From contig JACAFG010000001.1 in the NCBI GenBank assembly GCA_019352195.1, forward strand, positions 2,485-66,484: 64,000 nucleotides of DNA, written 5' to 3'. Position 1 is the first letter of the stretch, and each line of letters begins with the position of its first letter. Made by a program: the position numbers and the translations under genes. The notes beneath the pieces were generated by a model. It saw nothing but the letters and a program-made list of their open reading frames with translations, was not told where the DNA came from and did no database searches. Below are positions 40,280-50,084 of this stretch, piece after piece. Origin of the DNA: Candidatus Saccharimonadota bacterium. Its GTDB lineage: Bacteria; Patescibacteriota; Saccharimonadia; UBA4664.

Positions 40280-40552
40280 ATGACCAAGCAGCAACTCATT
40301 GAAACGTTGGCAGCCGAGACGAATACTACAAAACGCCACGTTGAGCAGATGCTTTCAAGTTTTGTAAACGTTGTTGAGCGCACGGTTGCCAAAGGCGAAA
40401 AAGTTTCGATCACCGGATTCGGTACTTTTGATCTCGGGAAACGTGCCGCTCGCCGTGGCGTGAACCCGCAAACTGGCGCCGAAATCCACATTCCCGAAAT
40501 GGCCATGCCGCGCTTTCGCGCCGGTAAGCGGCTCAAAGAAACCTTGCGCTAG
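40280..40552 (+). CDS. hup: HU family DNA-binding protein
   Basis: A 90 aa product with GFGTFDL...RNPQTG arm motifs and a GAGGAG RBS. Confidence 0.9.
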   Translation: MTKQQLIETLAAETNTTKRHVEQMLSSFVNVVERTVAKGEKVSITGFGTFDLGKRAARRGVNPQTGAEIHIPEMAMPRFRAGKRLKETLR

Positions 40553-40572
40553 CCCAGAGCTCTCTGCGCAGA

Positions 40573-40613
40573 AAGTCCCCGCCAACAGGAATTCCTGAAG
40601 GCGGGGACTTTTG
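40573..40613 (+). terminator. rho-independent terminator after hup
   Basis: aagtccccgcc...ggcggggactttt. Confidence 0.65.
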
Positions 40614-40620
40614 ATAGCGG

Positions 40621-41393
40621 TCAGGCGAACAAGCGGTGACTGATCAGTTCGGCCATCGTCCGCATTCGATCTTGTCGCGGAGTGTCAAACACCGGCACGC
40701 GTTCCGCGCTGCCGGCCGGAATGTGGTCGAGCGTGATGACGAGACGCGGCACGGCACGTAGTGGTCGTACAACTCCCAGTTGGCAAACACACCGCCGAAA
40801 AGCTTGCCGTTTTGGCCACTGAGCTTGCCAATTGCACCTGAGACCGTCAAATGCAGCCACAAATCGCCACCTTGCGGGTACGACATGCTACGCACCGCTG
40901 ATGCGAACGGCGGAGCCTCCGCCATCTCGTCAGCCAGATCGGCATCCGCCATTCGTGCGGGCAGCATCGTTTGGTCCAAAGCCTCGACGATGTGGGTACA
41001 ATTGAGTGAAAACTTGCTGCGAGATACCGGTAGATTCCACCTGGCCGATAGGTAATCGAGTCCGCGTGTTACTCCCAGGCTTTTGGACAGTTTTGTTTCA
41101 ACCGCAGTCGCTAGGTAGCCGCCCTGCGTCTGAGGCAGCTGCACGGTGAGAAAATAGCCTTCGCGTAGACGACGCACGGCGATTTGGTAGTGGCCGTCAT
41201 CGCCTTGGCCATACCACTCGTACTGACCTGCTGCCCACAGCGTGTCGAGAAGGCGAGTAAACTGCCTGTCCGGCCCGGATAGTTCGTGCTCGCCCGCCAG
41301 CGTCAGCATTGCAAGCTTGACGCTGTCGAGACTTTCTAAGGCGATGTCACGGCCCACCTCAGCAAATTGCAGTACAGCGGTAGTCATAGCCAC
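40621..41393 (-). pseudogene. high-GC hypothetical protein, probably frameshifted near 40750 (GTGCCGTGCCG repeat)
   Basis: The 249 aa ORF ends in Cys/Arg-rich junk. The overlapping 79 aa ORF in another frame carries a protein-like tail. Confidence 0.4.
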
Positions 41394-41500
41394 TCCTCTC
41401 TAGGTACACTGCAGTTACGCTGTAGCGCGATTCATCGGTTTGACGGATACTATGCTCTAGATTTAATGGCGTCTCCTGTCAACAAGCGCGGTAGGTAAAA

Positions 41501-41953
41501 CTAGCGAGCGATCCAATCTTTTTCCACCAAATAGTTATCTTGGTTGGGGTGCATTTCGCTTGGTAAGTTACGAAACCAACCGCTCTCGGACGCTTCGGAG
41601 GCGGCGTGCACCTCTCCCTCATAATTTGTAACTACAAAGACAACCCCAACCGGCGAATCCGGCATAGTCAGATAATGACTAGGGTATTCTATATAGCCTT
41701 GATTCGAAGCTGCTTGGACGACAATTCCGAGTTCTTTTTTTGCTATGCGGCGTACCGCACTTTGAAGTGGCTCCCCAAATCGGACGGTACCACCGGGGAC
41801 ATGCCACTAGTCGGCGCAGGGTTCGACATCATGCCTCGTTAGATAAAGCGCGCCCTCGTGATTCTGGATAATAATCTCGACGGTTAGGCGAGGTACTTTG
41901 CTGTAGAGAGCCAAAAATTCGTCGCGCGTAAAGGGGTGATCGGCTTGCTGCAT
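41501..41953 (-). pseudogene. NUDIX hydrolase interrupted by an in-frame TAG (codon 49, at 41807-41809)
   Basis: Manual translation gives MQQADHP...LTRHDVEPCAD*WHVPGGTVRFGEPLQSAVRRIAKKELGI, with a Nudix box (Gx5Ex7REUxEExGU) downstream of the stop. Not in the ORF track because each half is under 60 aa. Confidence 0.6.
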
Positions 41954-41998
41954 GATAAATTGCTCATGAATTCATTGGTTCACCATGAAGGTATCAAA

Positions 41999-42075
41999 TG
42001 GTGCCCCGGGCAGGACTCGAACCTGCGACCATTGGCTTAGAAGTCCACTGCTCTATCCAACTGAGCTACCGGGGC
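41999..42075 (-). tRNA. tRNA-Arg (anticodon TCT), CCA encoded
   Basis: Reverse complement: GCCCCGG TA GCTC AGTTGGATA GAGC A GTGGA CTTCTAA GCCAA TGGTC GCAGG TTCGAGT CCTGC CCGGGGC A CCA. Confidence 0.85.
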
Positions 42076-42176
42076 GTGCTGTTAGTTTACGGTTATGTGA
42101 CGTTAAAGTCTAAAACATCCAATGGACCGGATGCGAGAGCGTCCGGTCCATCAGTCAAGCTAGCGATCGGCCAGTT

Positions 42177-43619
42177 CTAGTGAGCCGCCGGCAGTGGCGC
42201 CTCAATTATCTGGCCCTTGGGCTGCTTAATGAGCACAGCCGCTACCACGGAAGCTGTAAGAGCAAAGCCAATACCAACGTGGAAGGCACTGTGATAGCCG
42301 TGAACCAAAGCGGCGGGTACTGCGGCTGCAGCTTGGCTAGCATGGTCAGAGAGGTATGACTTAGTGCTAGAGGAAGCTACCCCGGCCAAAATAGCGAGTC
42401 CGATGGCGCCACCGATTTGCTGAGAAGTGTTGAGAAGACCGGACGCTAATCCCGATTCCTGTTTCGACACACCGGATGTAGCAGCGATGGTAATCGTCAC
42501 AAATGACATTCCCAAACCTACCGCCATAATCCCAAGTCCAGGTAAGACGTCAACTATGTAGCTGCCATGAACTGGAGTCTTACCCAGCAGATAGAGGCCT
42601 GTCGCCATTAAGAGCGGGGCGCCAACCATAAATGGCTTGTAGCCGTATTTCATCACCAAGTTAGAAGCAATCGTGGCGGTAATGCCAATAATAATGGTTA
42701 CCGGCAAAAAGCTGAGGCCAGACTGGACCGGAGAGTAGCCCAAGATTTGTTGCACATACAGCGATAAGAAGAAGAACATTGCAAACAAACTGGCCGTAAT
42801 AGGCAGCTGGGTAAGATTGGCCCCCGTAACGTTTCGAATTTTGAAGATCGTTAGCGGCATGAGCGGGAATTTAGCTCTGGATTCATTCCAAATAAACCCG
42901 GCGAGCAGTGCTACGGCGCCACCCAAGTAGGCGAGGGTTTGGCCATTGGTCCAGCCCCAAGTAGGCGCTTTGGTGAGGCCATACACCAGTACGATTAAGC
43001 CACTGGTAACAAGCAATGCGCCGGGCAAGTCCAGATCATTGTGTTCGGCCTCAGATTCGTGCAGCGGTAACCAGCGTAAACCGGCGATGACTACGGCAAT
43101 ACCCACGGGAACATTGACAAAGAAATCCCAGCGCCAGCCCAGGTATTGTGTCAGAATACCGCCGAGTAACACGCCTGCTGCGGCGCCACCGGCAGCTACT
43201 GCCGACCATACGCCCAACGCTCGGTTACGGTCTTTACCTTCACTAAAGGTGATGAGCACAATTGATAGCGCAGCCGGGGACATAAAGGCGGCGGAAAGTC
43301 CTTGGAGGCCTCTGAGTACGATCATTACGGTCTCAGTTTGCGCGACGGCCACTCCCAGGGACGCCACGGTAAAACCAGTTATACCTAGCAAAAAAACGCG
43401 TCGGCGTCCGTACAAGTCGGCCGCGCGCCCACCCAACAGCAAGAAGCCGCCAAACGCCAAGGTGTAGGCGGTAACTATCCATTGCAAGTTAGCAACGTTA
43501 AAGTGCAGTGCCTTTTCAATTGATGGTAACGCCACGTTTACAATGGAAGTGTCGAGCACGACCATAAACTGCGCGATGGCTAGCATGGCCAAGATAAACC
43601 AGCGATTAGTTTTTTTCAC
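42177..43619 (-). CDS. MFS transporter, DHA2-like 14-TM drug:H+ antiporter family
   Basis: A 14-TM product with MVVLDTSIVNVALP at the N-terminus. A GTG start at 43619 with a GGAG RBS is preferred over TTG 43631. Confidence 0.8.
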   Translation of the reverse strand: MKKTNRWFILAMLAIAQFMVVLDTSIVNVALPSIEKALHFNVANLQWIVTAYTLAFGGFLLLGGRAADLYGRRRVFLLGITGFTVASLGVAVAQTETVMIVLRGLQGLSAAFMSPAALSIVLITFSEGKDRNRALGVWSAVAAGGAAAGVLLGGILTQYLGWRWDFFVNVPVGIAVVIAGLRWLPLHESEAEHNDLDLPGALLVTSGLIVLVYGLTKAPTWGWTNGQTLAYLGGAVALLAGFIWNESRAKFPLMPLTIFKIRNVTGANLTQLPITASLFAMFFFLSLYVQQILGYSPVQSGLSFLPVTIIIGITATIASNLVMKYGYKPFMVGAPLLMATGLYLLGKTPVHGSYIVDVLPGLGIMAVGLGMSFVTITIAATSGVSKQESGLASGLLNTSQQIGGAIGLAILAGVASSSTKSYLSDHASQAAAAVPAALVHGYHSAFHVGIGFALTASVVAAVLIKQPKGQIIEAPLPAAH

Positions 43620-43709
43620 GGTCGGCTCCAATCACTTTAAATTCTCATTCATTTTACTTATCAATAGTTGATATGGTCAAGTATTGACATAATGAAGTAT
43701 AATCACCGC

Positions 43710-44144
43710 ATGGAACGAAATAATACCACCACGAGTACCTACAGCCTTCTGATTCAGCTTATGATGCAGTCTAAACATCAGCTGCACGCGGTCGCTGAAG
43801 CACTTGGGCTCAGCGCCATGCAGGCCCAGACCCTCATGATGCTCGGTGAAGACGCCATGACAATGAGCGCCATTGGGCGTAGCTTGGCTTGCGACGCATC
43901 CAATGTCACAGGCATCGTTGATCGCCTCGATGCTGCCGGAATGATTAACCGACAACTTAACCAGTCCGACCGCCGCGTTAAGTTGGTCGATCTTAGCGAT
44001 CGAGGCAGCGAAACCCGCGGCAAAATAATATCCGGCATCGTCGAGGCCGAAATAGCACGCATTGGGCCTGCTCTCACCAATGAAGAAGTTGAAACGCTTA
44101 ATGGCCTCCTGCAAAAGCTTATTGATCGTTCGGCCGAACGCTAA
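43710..44144 (+). CDS. MarR family transcriptional regulator
   Basis: A winged-HTH (MSAIGRSLACDASNVTGIVDRLDAAGMINRQLNQSDRRV). Divergent from the MFS gene. Confidence 0.8.
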   Translation: MERNNTTTSTYSLLIQLMMQSKHQLHAVAEALGLSAMQAQTLMMLGEDAMTMSAIGRSLACDASNVTGIVDRLDAAGMINRQLNQSDRRVKLVDLSDRGSETRGKIISGIVEAEIARIGPALTNEEVETLNGLLQKLIDRSAER

Positions 44145-44161
44145 AACCACTAATTCTATCT

Positions 44162-44190
44162 AAAAAACCTCACGAATCGTGAGGTTTTTT
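44162..44190 (+). terminator. rho-independent terminator after marR
   Basis: aaaaaacctcacg-aat-cgtgaggtttttt. Confidence 0.75.
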
Positions 44191-44223
44191 AGATAGAACA
44201 AAAACGCTTTCGATGATAATTTC

Positions 44224-44298
44224 TGGTGCGGGTAGAAGGAATCGAACCTTCATCCTCTGCTTGGAAGGCAGATATATTAGCCGTTATACGATACCCGC
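44224..44298 (-). tRNA. tRNA-Gly (anticodon TCC), CCA encoded
   Basis: Reverse complement: GCGGGTA TC GTAT AACGGCTA ATAT A TCTGC CTTCCAA GCAGA GGAT GAAGG TTCGATT CCTTC TACCCGC A CCA. Confidence 0.8.
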
Positions 44299-45111
44299 AA
44301 ATAGTTTCAAACGAAGACCACATCAGTTTACCAGAACAAAAACCACTATAGCAAAGCCTGTCATAAAGAAATGGACTCCGAGCCGTAAGGCTAAGAGTCC
44401 GGATGGTCAGTGGAGCCTCAGGCAGCTCGGGACTACCTGAGGCGACACCTATCGTCGCAGATCGCGCGATTACTCACGCGGATGGCCGGCGATGGCCCAT
44501 GATATCCGCCGCACGCGGACATCATACTGTCGATCAGCCCTTCAGCGGGCATTTATTTGGGCAACCTACCCGAGCAATAGCTCCCAGCAACCCGGGGAGC
44601 ACCAGATTTACACAATAGGACCGGATTAAGCTCCAAGGCCCACATGAGATACCTGGCTGGTAAGGGGGCCTGCCACGGCCCAGCATGTTTGTTGCCAGCG
44701 GTTGGCGTTCCGCAGGCTCATCTGGTCATTGGGGGTGCCCGAAGGCAAACGGACGCAGTGCCAGTCCTGGTCCCAAGGTGGTCAAATCCTTGCCTATTAT
44801 AACTTGGCATCGCGACCAACGATGTTGCCGCCACGTGGACACTTGTGCGGTAAGCGCCTCTCGTCTGTGGCCACGACGAGATGTCATCGAGCAGGTGGAA
44901 CCCCTGAAGTAGGGCTTCCACCGGTGCGCTCGACTACCAAATTCGCTCCTTGCGAAGCGATTAATGAGTTTTAATAAACCCACACATCGCGTCACAAGTA
45001 AAAATATAATAGACCTAATAATTAGTATTGTCAATACTAAAGCTATTCAAAGCGGTTGGGGCAAAATGCCACCCTACCCGTCATCTCCAACATGACTTAG
45101 TTTGGAATCAA

Positions 45112-45128
45112 GGATCGAGCCCAAATTA
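45112..45128. repeat. left copy of a 17-nt direct repeat, GGATCGAGCCCAAATTA (candidate att core)
   Basis: Matches 50085..50101 at 16 of 17 positions. On the minus strand it resembles a tRNA T-arm (TTTGGGCTCGATCC). Confidence 0.4.
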
Positions 45129-45339
45129 CCATACCGTCACTAAACTTGCCGGCTTCTCGTAAGTATAATTTCTGGTCGCAGTACACATACTGCTTACGAA
45201 CCTATACTGGAAGCATTATACAACCTGCTGCTGAATTACAAGCTACTGAGGTCAAAACTTACCAACTTGAACCAACTTGTTGCCGATTTAATTAAATCCG
45301 AGCGTGCTACCACGACACAATTCTTGTTATAATATAAGT

Positions 45340-45522
45340 ATGAGCGACACAGAAGACAACCAACCCCAAGACCAGACCCCTGCCGAGCCTGTTTCTTTGC
45401 CGCCTCAAGCGTCGCCACAGGATACTTCTAACTGGGATGACCGGCCATTTACAACGCCAAGCGATAGGATTGTGATAGAGACTTTTCAGGGTGACGAAAG
45501 TGGCAAAACAGTCGCTGAGTAG
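45340..45522 (+). CDS. small acidic hypothetical protein (island)
   Basis: A 60 aa product with a TATAAT box 6 nt upstream of the ATG. AT-rich codon usage. Confidence 0.3.
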   Translation: MSDTEDNQPQDQTPAEPVSLPPQASPQDTSNWDDRPFTTPSDRIVIETFQGDESGKTVAE

Positions 45523-45654
45523 CTATACCAATGAAGCTATGAGCCTGTCTTAAATACACGACGCAAAATTATTAAAAATTAACAGAGGTAGATACCGTAT
45601 CCATACCCTATGCATACGGTATACAAATCCTTTATAAGCCATTCACAAACCATT

Positions 45655-46068
45655 ATGAGTAAAACGCTAGACGATAAGCAGCAATTTATAGAACTACGAG
45701 CAAAAGGTTATAGCTTTAGCTGTATTGCTGACGAACTGGGTATAAGCAAACCTACCCTTATAGGCTGGTCGCAAGAAGAAGATACCAACAAAGACATACA
45801 CAACCTGCAAACGCTGTATATGGATGAGCTACAAGAGAAATACGCTATGACCAAACGCCACAGAATAGCGGTATTTGGCGAGGTTTTAAACCGTGCTAAA
45901 GACGAATTATCCAACCGAGACCTATCAACGCTACCGACAGATAAGCTAATAAACTTAGTTATTAAGCTGAGCGATACCCTAAAGCAAGACGAAACCGAAT
46001 TAGAACTACACGGCGAAGTGGAGCTACCAATGCTTAGAATTGGCGAGCTGCAAAAGTGGAATATTTAG
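45655..46068 (+). CDS. HTH-domain protein (island regulator; terminase-small-subunit-like or resolvase-HTH-like)
   Basis: LRAKGYSFSCIADELGISKPTLIGW helix-turn-helix. Confidence 0.5.
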   Translation: MSKTLDDKQQFIELRAKGYSFSCIADELGISKPTLIGWSQEEDTNKDIHNLQTLYMDELQEKYAMTKRHRIAVFGEVLNRAKDELSNRDLSTLPTDKLINLVIKLSDTLKQDETELELHGEVELPMLRIGELQKWNI

Positions 46069-46157
46069 CAGACCAAAACTTGTCCAAAAATTGACCACTT
46101 ACCTCTTTTTAATACCCCTGTAACCCTGTATAATAAAGGTATTAAGTGTGAGGTTGT

Positions 46158-46340
46158 ATGGAACAAGTAAAATCACCAGAATATCTAACTATCAGGCAAG
46201 CCTGCGAGCTATTACAAGTACACCCAAACACACTCCGCAGCTGGGACAAAAAAGGCGTATTAAAGGCTCACCGCATAGGTGTGCGTGGCATACGCCGCTA
46301 TAAGCGTGAAGACCTAATAAAGTTTATGGAGAAAAAGTAA
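46158..46340 (+). CDS. excisionase-like / MerR-superfamily HTH DNA-binding protein (Xis/AlpA-like)
   Basis: A 60 aa product: LTIRQACELLQVHPNTLRSWDKKGVLKAHRIGVRGIRRY. A GAGG RBS. Confidence 0.6.
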   Translation: MEQVKSPEYLTIRQACELLQVHPNTLRSWDKKGVLKAHRIGVRGIRRYKREDLIKFMEKK

Positions 46341-47194
46341 TGGGCGTTGATTTTGTACGGTTTAAGGCAACAGATAATGTTGAATTACAGGGCTGGTTAA
46401 ATAACGAAAGTGGTAACACGGCAGTTGTTCATATTCACGGTATGTCAGGTAATGGTTATGAAAATTACTTCTTAGATGACTTGCGGCAGATGTACGCCAA
46501 GCAGAGCGTATCCCTGTTTACGATTGATACACGAGGACGAGGCATAATTAGCGACTTTAGGCAGGGCGAAGGTTGGAAGCACGCAGGTAGCTGCTTTGAG
46601 CTGTTTGACGAAAGCATACACGACATACAAGGGGCGATAGACTATCTAAAGTCACTTGGAAAAACAAGTTTTATACTACAAGGTCACTCTTTGGGCTGCA
46701 CAAAGGTGGTTAATTATGTAATTACACAAAACCCAACAGATGTTGAAAAAGTAATCTTACTAGCCCCAACTGATATGACTGGCTGGGCAAATACAGAGCC
46801 TAAGCACCAAGATTATCTACTAAAAGCTAAGCAGCTAATCGCAGCTGGTAAGGGCGAAGAATTAGTTGACGCACAATGCTGGCTAGATAAGACCCCAATA
46901 TCGGCTCAAACTTACCCCACAATATGCGAAAAAGGCAGTTCGGCTGATATTTATGGTATCCGTGAAGGTGATACTTTATTAAGTAAAGTTGAACTACCTA
47001 TGCTAATACCCTATGGCAGTGCCGATATTGGCATTACGCAGATTGACGGCTCAATTGATAAGTGGATTGAGCGTGTAAACAAAATCAAGAACAATAACAC
47101 CCAAATATCGGTAATAGAAGGGGCAGCACACGGTTATAGCGGTTTTGAAGGGCAATTAGCGGAAATAATAGAAAGATTTATGGAGCAAAAATGA
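46340..47194 (+). CDS. alpha/beta-fold hydrolase (cargo)
   Basis: GHSLG nucleophile elbow. 284 aa. Confidence 0.7.
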   Translation: MGVDFVRFKATDNVELQGWLNNESGNTAVVHIHGMSGNGYENYFLDDLRQMYAKQSVSLFTIDTRGRGIISDFRQGEGWKHAGSCFELFDESIHDIQGAIDYLKSLGKTSFILQGHSLGCTKVVNYVITQNPTDVEKVILLAPTDMTGWANTEPKHQDYLLKAKQLIAAGKGEELVDAQCWLDKTPISAQTYPTICEKGSSADIYGIREGDTLLSKVELPMLIPYGSADIGITQIDGSIDKWIERVNKIKNNNTQISVIEGAAHGYSGFEGQLAEIIERFMEQK

Positions 47195-47919
47195 AGATAG
47201 CACTAGTAACAGGCTCAACCAAGGGTATTGGTCTAGCGACCGCACACAGACTATATGATGAAGGTACAACAGTAATCCTAAATGCTGTGAGCAATAGTGA
47301 CGAGGTAATACTGGACGAGTTTAGCGACAAATCTAGGGTAGCTTTTTATGCTGCTGATATATCAGACAAGCAAGCACTTATAAGCCTCAGGGATTTTATT
47401 AAAGAAAAATTTGGTAGACTAGATTATTTGGTAGCAAATGCTGGTGTCTTGCCACTACCTGCTGGAATAAATGATATTACAGACGAAAACATTAACCAGA
47501 CGATAGACATAAACCTGAAAGGTACTTTTAATACTGTCAAAATACTCGGTGAACTTGTTCAGGCAACTTCAAAAACTGGCTCAATCGTAACCATAACTTC
47601 CGTTGACGGTATTATTGGTGAACCTTACGGCGTAATCTATTCGGCAACCAAAGCTGGTATTATTTCACTAACTAAGTCTTTTGCACGAAACTACAAAGAA
47701 CCACTGGTGCGTGTTAATGGTATTGCACCAGGCTTAATTGACACTCCGCTTTCGGCAAGTACAGGTGAAGACCCAAGCTGGACGACAGATTTATCAGTAA
47801 TAAGGCGTATGGGTAGTGCGGAAGAAGTTGCAGCAGCAGTTCATTTCCTACTCTCGGAAGACGCAGCCTTTATTACTGGTCAGATTTTGGCAGTAGACGG
47901 TGGATTTACACTAAAATGA
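47191..47919 (+). CDS. SDR family oxidoreductase (cargo)
   Basis: TGSTKGIG cofactor-binding motif, NAG, and a YSATK catalytic tetrad. Confidence 0.85.
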   Translation: MKIALVTGSTKGIGLATAHRLYDEGTTVILNAVSNSDEVILDEFSDKSRVAFYAADISDKQALISLRDFIKEKFGRLDYLVANAGVLPLPAGINDITDENINQTIDINLKGTFNTVKILGELVQATSKTGSIVTITSVDGIIGEPYGVIYSATKAGIISLTKSFARNYKEPLVRVNGIAPGLIDTPLSASTGEDPSWTTDLSVIRRMGSAEEVAAAVHFLLSEDAAFITGQILAVDGGFTLK

Positions 47920-47930
47920 GAAACTGATAA

Positions 47931-49862
47931 ATGGCTAAATCTAAAAAGCCAACAAATACTGTACGCAAGAAGCGTGCAAAAGTATTACTGCCGAAGGATA
48001 AGCAGCTTGAAGCCGAGCAACAGTTAGCTAAGCGTAAAGAAGCCAACCCAGATGCTTACAACCTACCTGCCAGCAAACGCAGCATACAAGACCTAACAAC
48101 TTACTTTGAAGCAGTTGAAGAAGGTACAAATGTTATATTGCCCAAAGAAAAACGCCGTTATGTCATTTACCTGCGTAAGTCTACCGATGATGAGGCTAAA
48201 CAGGTACGGTCGCTAGAAGACCAGCGGTCAGAGTGCCTAGAATTGGCTCACAGGCTGCAAATAACTATTAAAGAAGAAGATATTTTAGAAGAAAGTGCCT
48301 CTGCCAAAATATCAGGTAACCGACCTATCTTTGACGATATGCTAATGGGCTTTAGAACTGGCAAGTATCACGGTCTAATATCTTGGTCGCCAGACCGCAT
48401 ATCACGCAATATGAAGGAAGCTGGCGAGGTCATAGAGATGATTGACCACGAACTGATACAGGATTTACAGTTCAAAACTTACCAGTTTGAAAACAACCCC
48501 AACGGCAAAATGCTATTAGGCATATTATTTGCCACCTCTAAGCAGTATTCTGACAAATTATCGGTAGATGTTAAGCGTGGTACTGGCGGCAATATTAAAG
48601 AAGGTAAATATAATGGCGTAGTCAAAAAGGGCTACTTTGTAGACGCTAGCACTGGCTATTTCATACCTGACGGCTATAACTGGGACTTACTGCGTGAGGC
48701 AGCTAATATGAGGCTGTATGGGGGCAAAAACAACATTGAAATAGCCCAGTTCCTTAATGATAGCCGCCTAAGTATCCGCCGAGACCAAGACGAGCCGTTT
48801 AGCGTGGTCAAGGTAGATAAACAGATGGTTGGCGACATATTTGCTGACCCCTTTTACTTTGGGCTATATCACTATGGCAAGCACCTAGCTGACCTTACTG
48901 AGCTAACTGGTTTCTTGCCGCTAATAACGCCTGACGAATACATAACACTTAACCAAGTAATGGCAACCAACTTTGGCGAAAAATCTGCTCACAAAAGCGT
49001 TCAAAACAAGCGACTAGACTATGGGCTGCTGCGAGGCAAGGTTATTTGCGACTACTGCGATGAGCAAATGCAATTCCAGCACCAACAAGTTAAGCGAGGT
49101 AAAAATGCAGGCAGCTGGGTAATTAGCTTCTATTGCCGTAACCAAAACTGCTTTAGATTTGACAAAGATAAACAGGCAGAAGCTGGCGACTTCCCTAGTA
49201 AGAGCGTTAGAGCCAAGTACATTATGGCTGCCATTGAGTGGGAGCTACGCCACTGTACCAAAAAGAGCAAAAAAGCCTACCAAATGCATATTGATAAGCT
49301 CAGGGCGAAGCTGGCACAAGATACAGCGATTGCTAAGCGTAAACTGGCAGAAGCCGAGAATGACCTACGCACAAACGAAAAGCAGTATGCACGATACCAA
49401 CAGTTTCAGGTTGACCACCCTGACGATTATATAAAGCACCACAAAGGTAAGCTGGAACACTACCAACAACTTGTAAATGTAGCTAGCCACAATATAAAAC
49501 AGGCTAAGGCTGAGCTGGTACGGTTAAGTGTTGGATTGCCAACCGAGCAAGAGTTTTACGAACTTGTTAATTCGTATCTGTTAACACTACTAAAGACTAC
49601 TGATTTAATGGAACAAGACGCCGTATGTAATGAACTAGTGTTGAACCTACGAGTTAGGAACAACGCCGTCCCTGTTATAAAGCTAAATCCGCCATACAAT
49701 TTGCTGGCGGATTTAGCTGAAATATCTACTGGTCGGGGTGAAAGGACTCGAACCTTCGACCTCATGCTCCCAAAGCACGCGCGCTACCAACTGCGCCACA
49801 CCCCGATAAGTTGTCTTGAACCTGGTAATTATAGGCTAGGGAAGCGTCGAGGGTCAATTTAA
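47931..49862 (+). CDS. large serine recombinase (resolvase domain + recombinase domain + zinc ribbon + coiled coil)
   Basis: YLRKSTDDE...SLEDQ catalytic serine region, CDYCDEQ...CRNQNC zinc ribbon, 643 aa. The 3' 133 nt run antisense across tRNA-Pro. Confidence 0.85.
   Translation: MAKSKKPTNTVRKKRAKVLLPKDKQLEAEQQLAKRKEANPDAYNLPASKRSIQDLTTYFEAVEEGTNVILPKEKRRYVIYLRKSTDDEAKQVRSLEDQRSECLELAHRLQITIKEEDILEESASAKISGNRPIFDDMLMGFRTGKYHGLISWSPDRISRNMKEAGEVIEMIDHELIQDLQFKTYQFENNPNGKMLLGILFATSKQYSDKLSVDVKRGTGGNIKEGKYNGVVKKGYFVDASTGYFIPDGYNWDLLREAANMRLYGGKNNIEIAQFLNDSRLSIRRDQDEPFSVVKVDKQMVGDIFADPFYFGLYHYGKHLADLTELTGFLPLITPDEYITLNQVMATNFGEKSAHKSVQNKRLDYGLLRGKVICDYCDEQMQFQHQQVKRGKNAGSWVISFYCRNQNCFRFDKDKQAEAGDFPSKSVRAKYIMAAIEWELRHCTKKSKKAYQMHIDKLRAKLAQDTAIAKRKLAEAENDLRTNEKQYARYQQFQVDHPDDYIKHHKGKLEHYQQLVNVASHNIKQAKAELVRLSVGLPTEQEFYELVNSYLLTLLKTTDLMEQDAVCNELVLNLRVRNNAVPVIKLNPPYNLLADLAEISTGRGERTRTFDLMLPKHARYQLRHTPISCLEPGNYRLGKRRGSI
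49730..49805 (-). tRNA. tRNA-Pro (anticodon TGG), CCA encoded
   Basis: Reverse complement: CGGGGTG TG GCGC AGTTGGTA GCGC G CGTGC TTTGGGA GCATG AGGTC GAAGG TTCGAGT CCTTT CACCCCG A CCA. Confidence 0.8.
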
Positions 49863-49939
49863 CGCTAGAACACTAGCCGAAAACGCCAAAATAGGGTAGA
49901 GTTTTAAGGTCAAATCAGCTCCACATTCAAATCATACAT

Positions 49940-50017
49940 GGCGGGTATAGCTCAGTTGGTTAGAGCGGCGGTTTGTGGTACCGTAGGTCGAGGGTTCAAG
50001 TCCCTCTACTCGCCCCA
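49940..50017 (+). tRNA. tRNA-His (anticodon GTG) with the extra 5' G(-1), CCA encoded
   Basis: G-1 + GCGGGTA TA GCTC AGTTGGTTA GAGC G GCGGT TTGTGGT ACCGT AGGTC GAGGG TTCAAGT CCCTC TACTCGC C CCA. G-1 pairs with C73, as expected for His. Confidence 0.85.
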
Positions 50018-50084
50018 GTTTTCATTCTTTGATAGCGGCTTCATATAGTCGTTATTTTGCTATTTAGTGAGTAATTCGTAATGG

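Noticed and set aside
41807-41809. Possibility that TAG is a reassigned sense codon (alternative genetic code)
   Set aside because: TAG terminates several well-supported genes in this window (the first GNAT, the 156-aa protein, the large prepilin gene). A nonsense mutation is the simpler explanation.
44299-45000. tmRNA (ssrA) in the non-coding tract next to the island
   Set aside because: No tRNA-like 5' GGGG...3' T-arm/ACCA ends and no tag-peptide reading frame could be found by eye on either strand.
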